NCBI GenBank assembly: GCA_026023565.1 | Contig: JAPETS010000014.1 | Coordinates: 372,001-436,000, forward strand | DNA: 64,000 nt | Reading direction: 5' to 3' | Source: Cirrosporium novae-zelandiae | Lineage: Eukaryota | Part shown: positions 63,548-64,000 of the stretch, piece by piece | How positions within the stretch are numbered: position 1 is the stretch's first letter | How the letters are laid out: each line of letters starts with the position of its first letter | Notes under the pieces: generated by a model | What the model was told of the DNA's origin: nothing | The model's database searches: none | Seen by the model: the letters and a program-made list of their open reading frames with translations, nothing else | Program-made: the position numbers and the translations under genes

Positions 63548-64000
63548 CTATGAGGGTGGTAGGGTACTACTCAATCGCTTCGCTTTATCAGTCGCGTCCT
63601 TTTCCACTTGTTCTCTCTTTTCCTGCTCCTTTACTTCTCTGACTTTCGCAAGGACTACCTCCCTGAATATAGCACCTCTTGCTAACTTGCTAAGGCTTCT
63701 CTTCTCTCTTGTTTTAACCTGTGGTTCTTCGCTTGTGGCTATCCCCTTGCCATCATCTACATGATGAGCCGCAATTGCTTGACCAGCCGCTTCTTGTGCG
63801 TTGGCAGGGACATCGCCTTCGCCTGGGACGTCCTCTTCATCGTCTTCCTGCATTTTCAGAGCTTCGATTCGATTGGCGAGCTTAACCATTTCAATCCCAC
63901 GTCTGAGACGTGCTTTGGCGATGTAAGAGCGAATTTCGGGCAAGAGGTCGTGGTCTGATGCCGTCTTGCCGGTGAGCCAGACGTGTTTCATTGCCTCTTC
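63548..64000 (-). CDS. cmkA: Ca2+/calmodulin-dependent protein kinase, C-terminal regulatory part (truncated at window end)
   Basis: EEAMKHVWLTGKTASDHDLLPEIR..KARLRRGIEMVKLANRIEALKMQE and SLSKLARGAIFREVVLAKVRE match the tail of fungal CmkA/CMK1. The kinase domain lies outside the window. Confidence 0.8.
   Translation of the reverse strand, partial: EEAMKHVWLTGKTASDHDLLPEIRSYIAKARLRRGIEMVKLANRIEALKMQEDDEEDVPGEGDVPANAQEAAGQAIAAHHVDDGKGIATSEEPQVKTREKRSLSKLARGAIFREVVLAKVREVKEQEKREQVEKDATDKAKRLSSTLPPS

Overview
Eukaryotic genomic DNA from a filamentous ascomycete (Pezizomycotina-type GT..AG introns with CTAAC/CTGAC branch points). About 20 intron-containing protein genes are supported: an amino-acid permease (3' part), a conserved hypothetical protein, NUF2, AP-3 beta, an orphan ORF, a CCHC zinc-knuckle protein, PPG1, Rho-GDI, an FMO-like monooxygenase, a PTH11-like membrane protein, a Bqt4-like APSES protein, a divergent MFS sugar porter/GH31 alpha-xylosidase pair, a secreted tyrosinase, CDC1, ZRC1, a DUF202 protein and the 3' end of a CaM kinase. 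The most notable region is a probable accessory block (about 47.7-59.4 kb). It holds a disrupted DUF6601-like pseudogene and a ~1,986-aa nine-exon NLR-like gene with an unusual architecture: N-terminal hydrophobic/transmembrane segment, SesB-like alpha/beta hydrolase, NACHT, and ~30 ankyrin repeats with an internal insert. Other observations are XlnR-type motifs in the porter/xylosidase shared promoter, a perfect 32-bp hairpin, diverged local duplications, and strong alternating C/G strand skew with microsatellite-rich DNA at several convergent gene junctions. All calls come from reading the sequence and from family knowledge; no searches were run.
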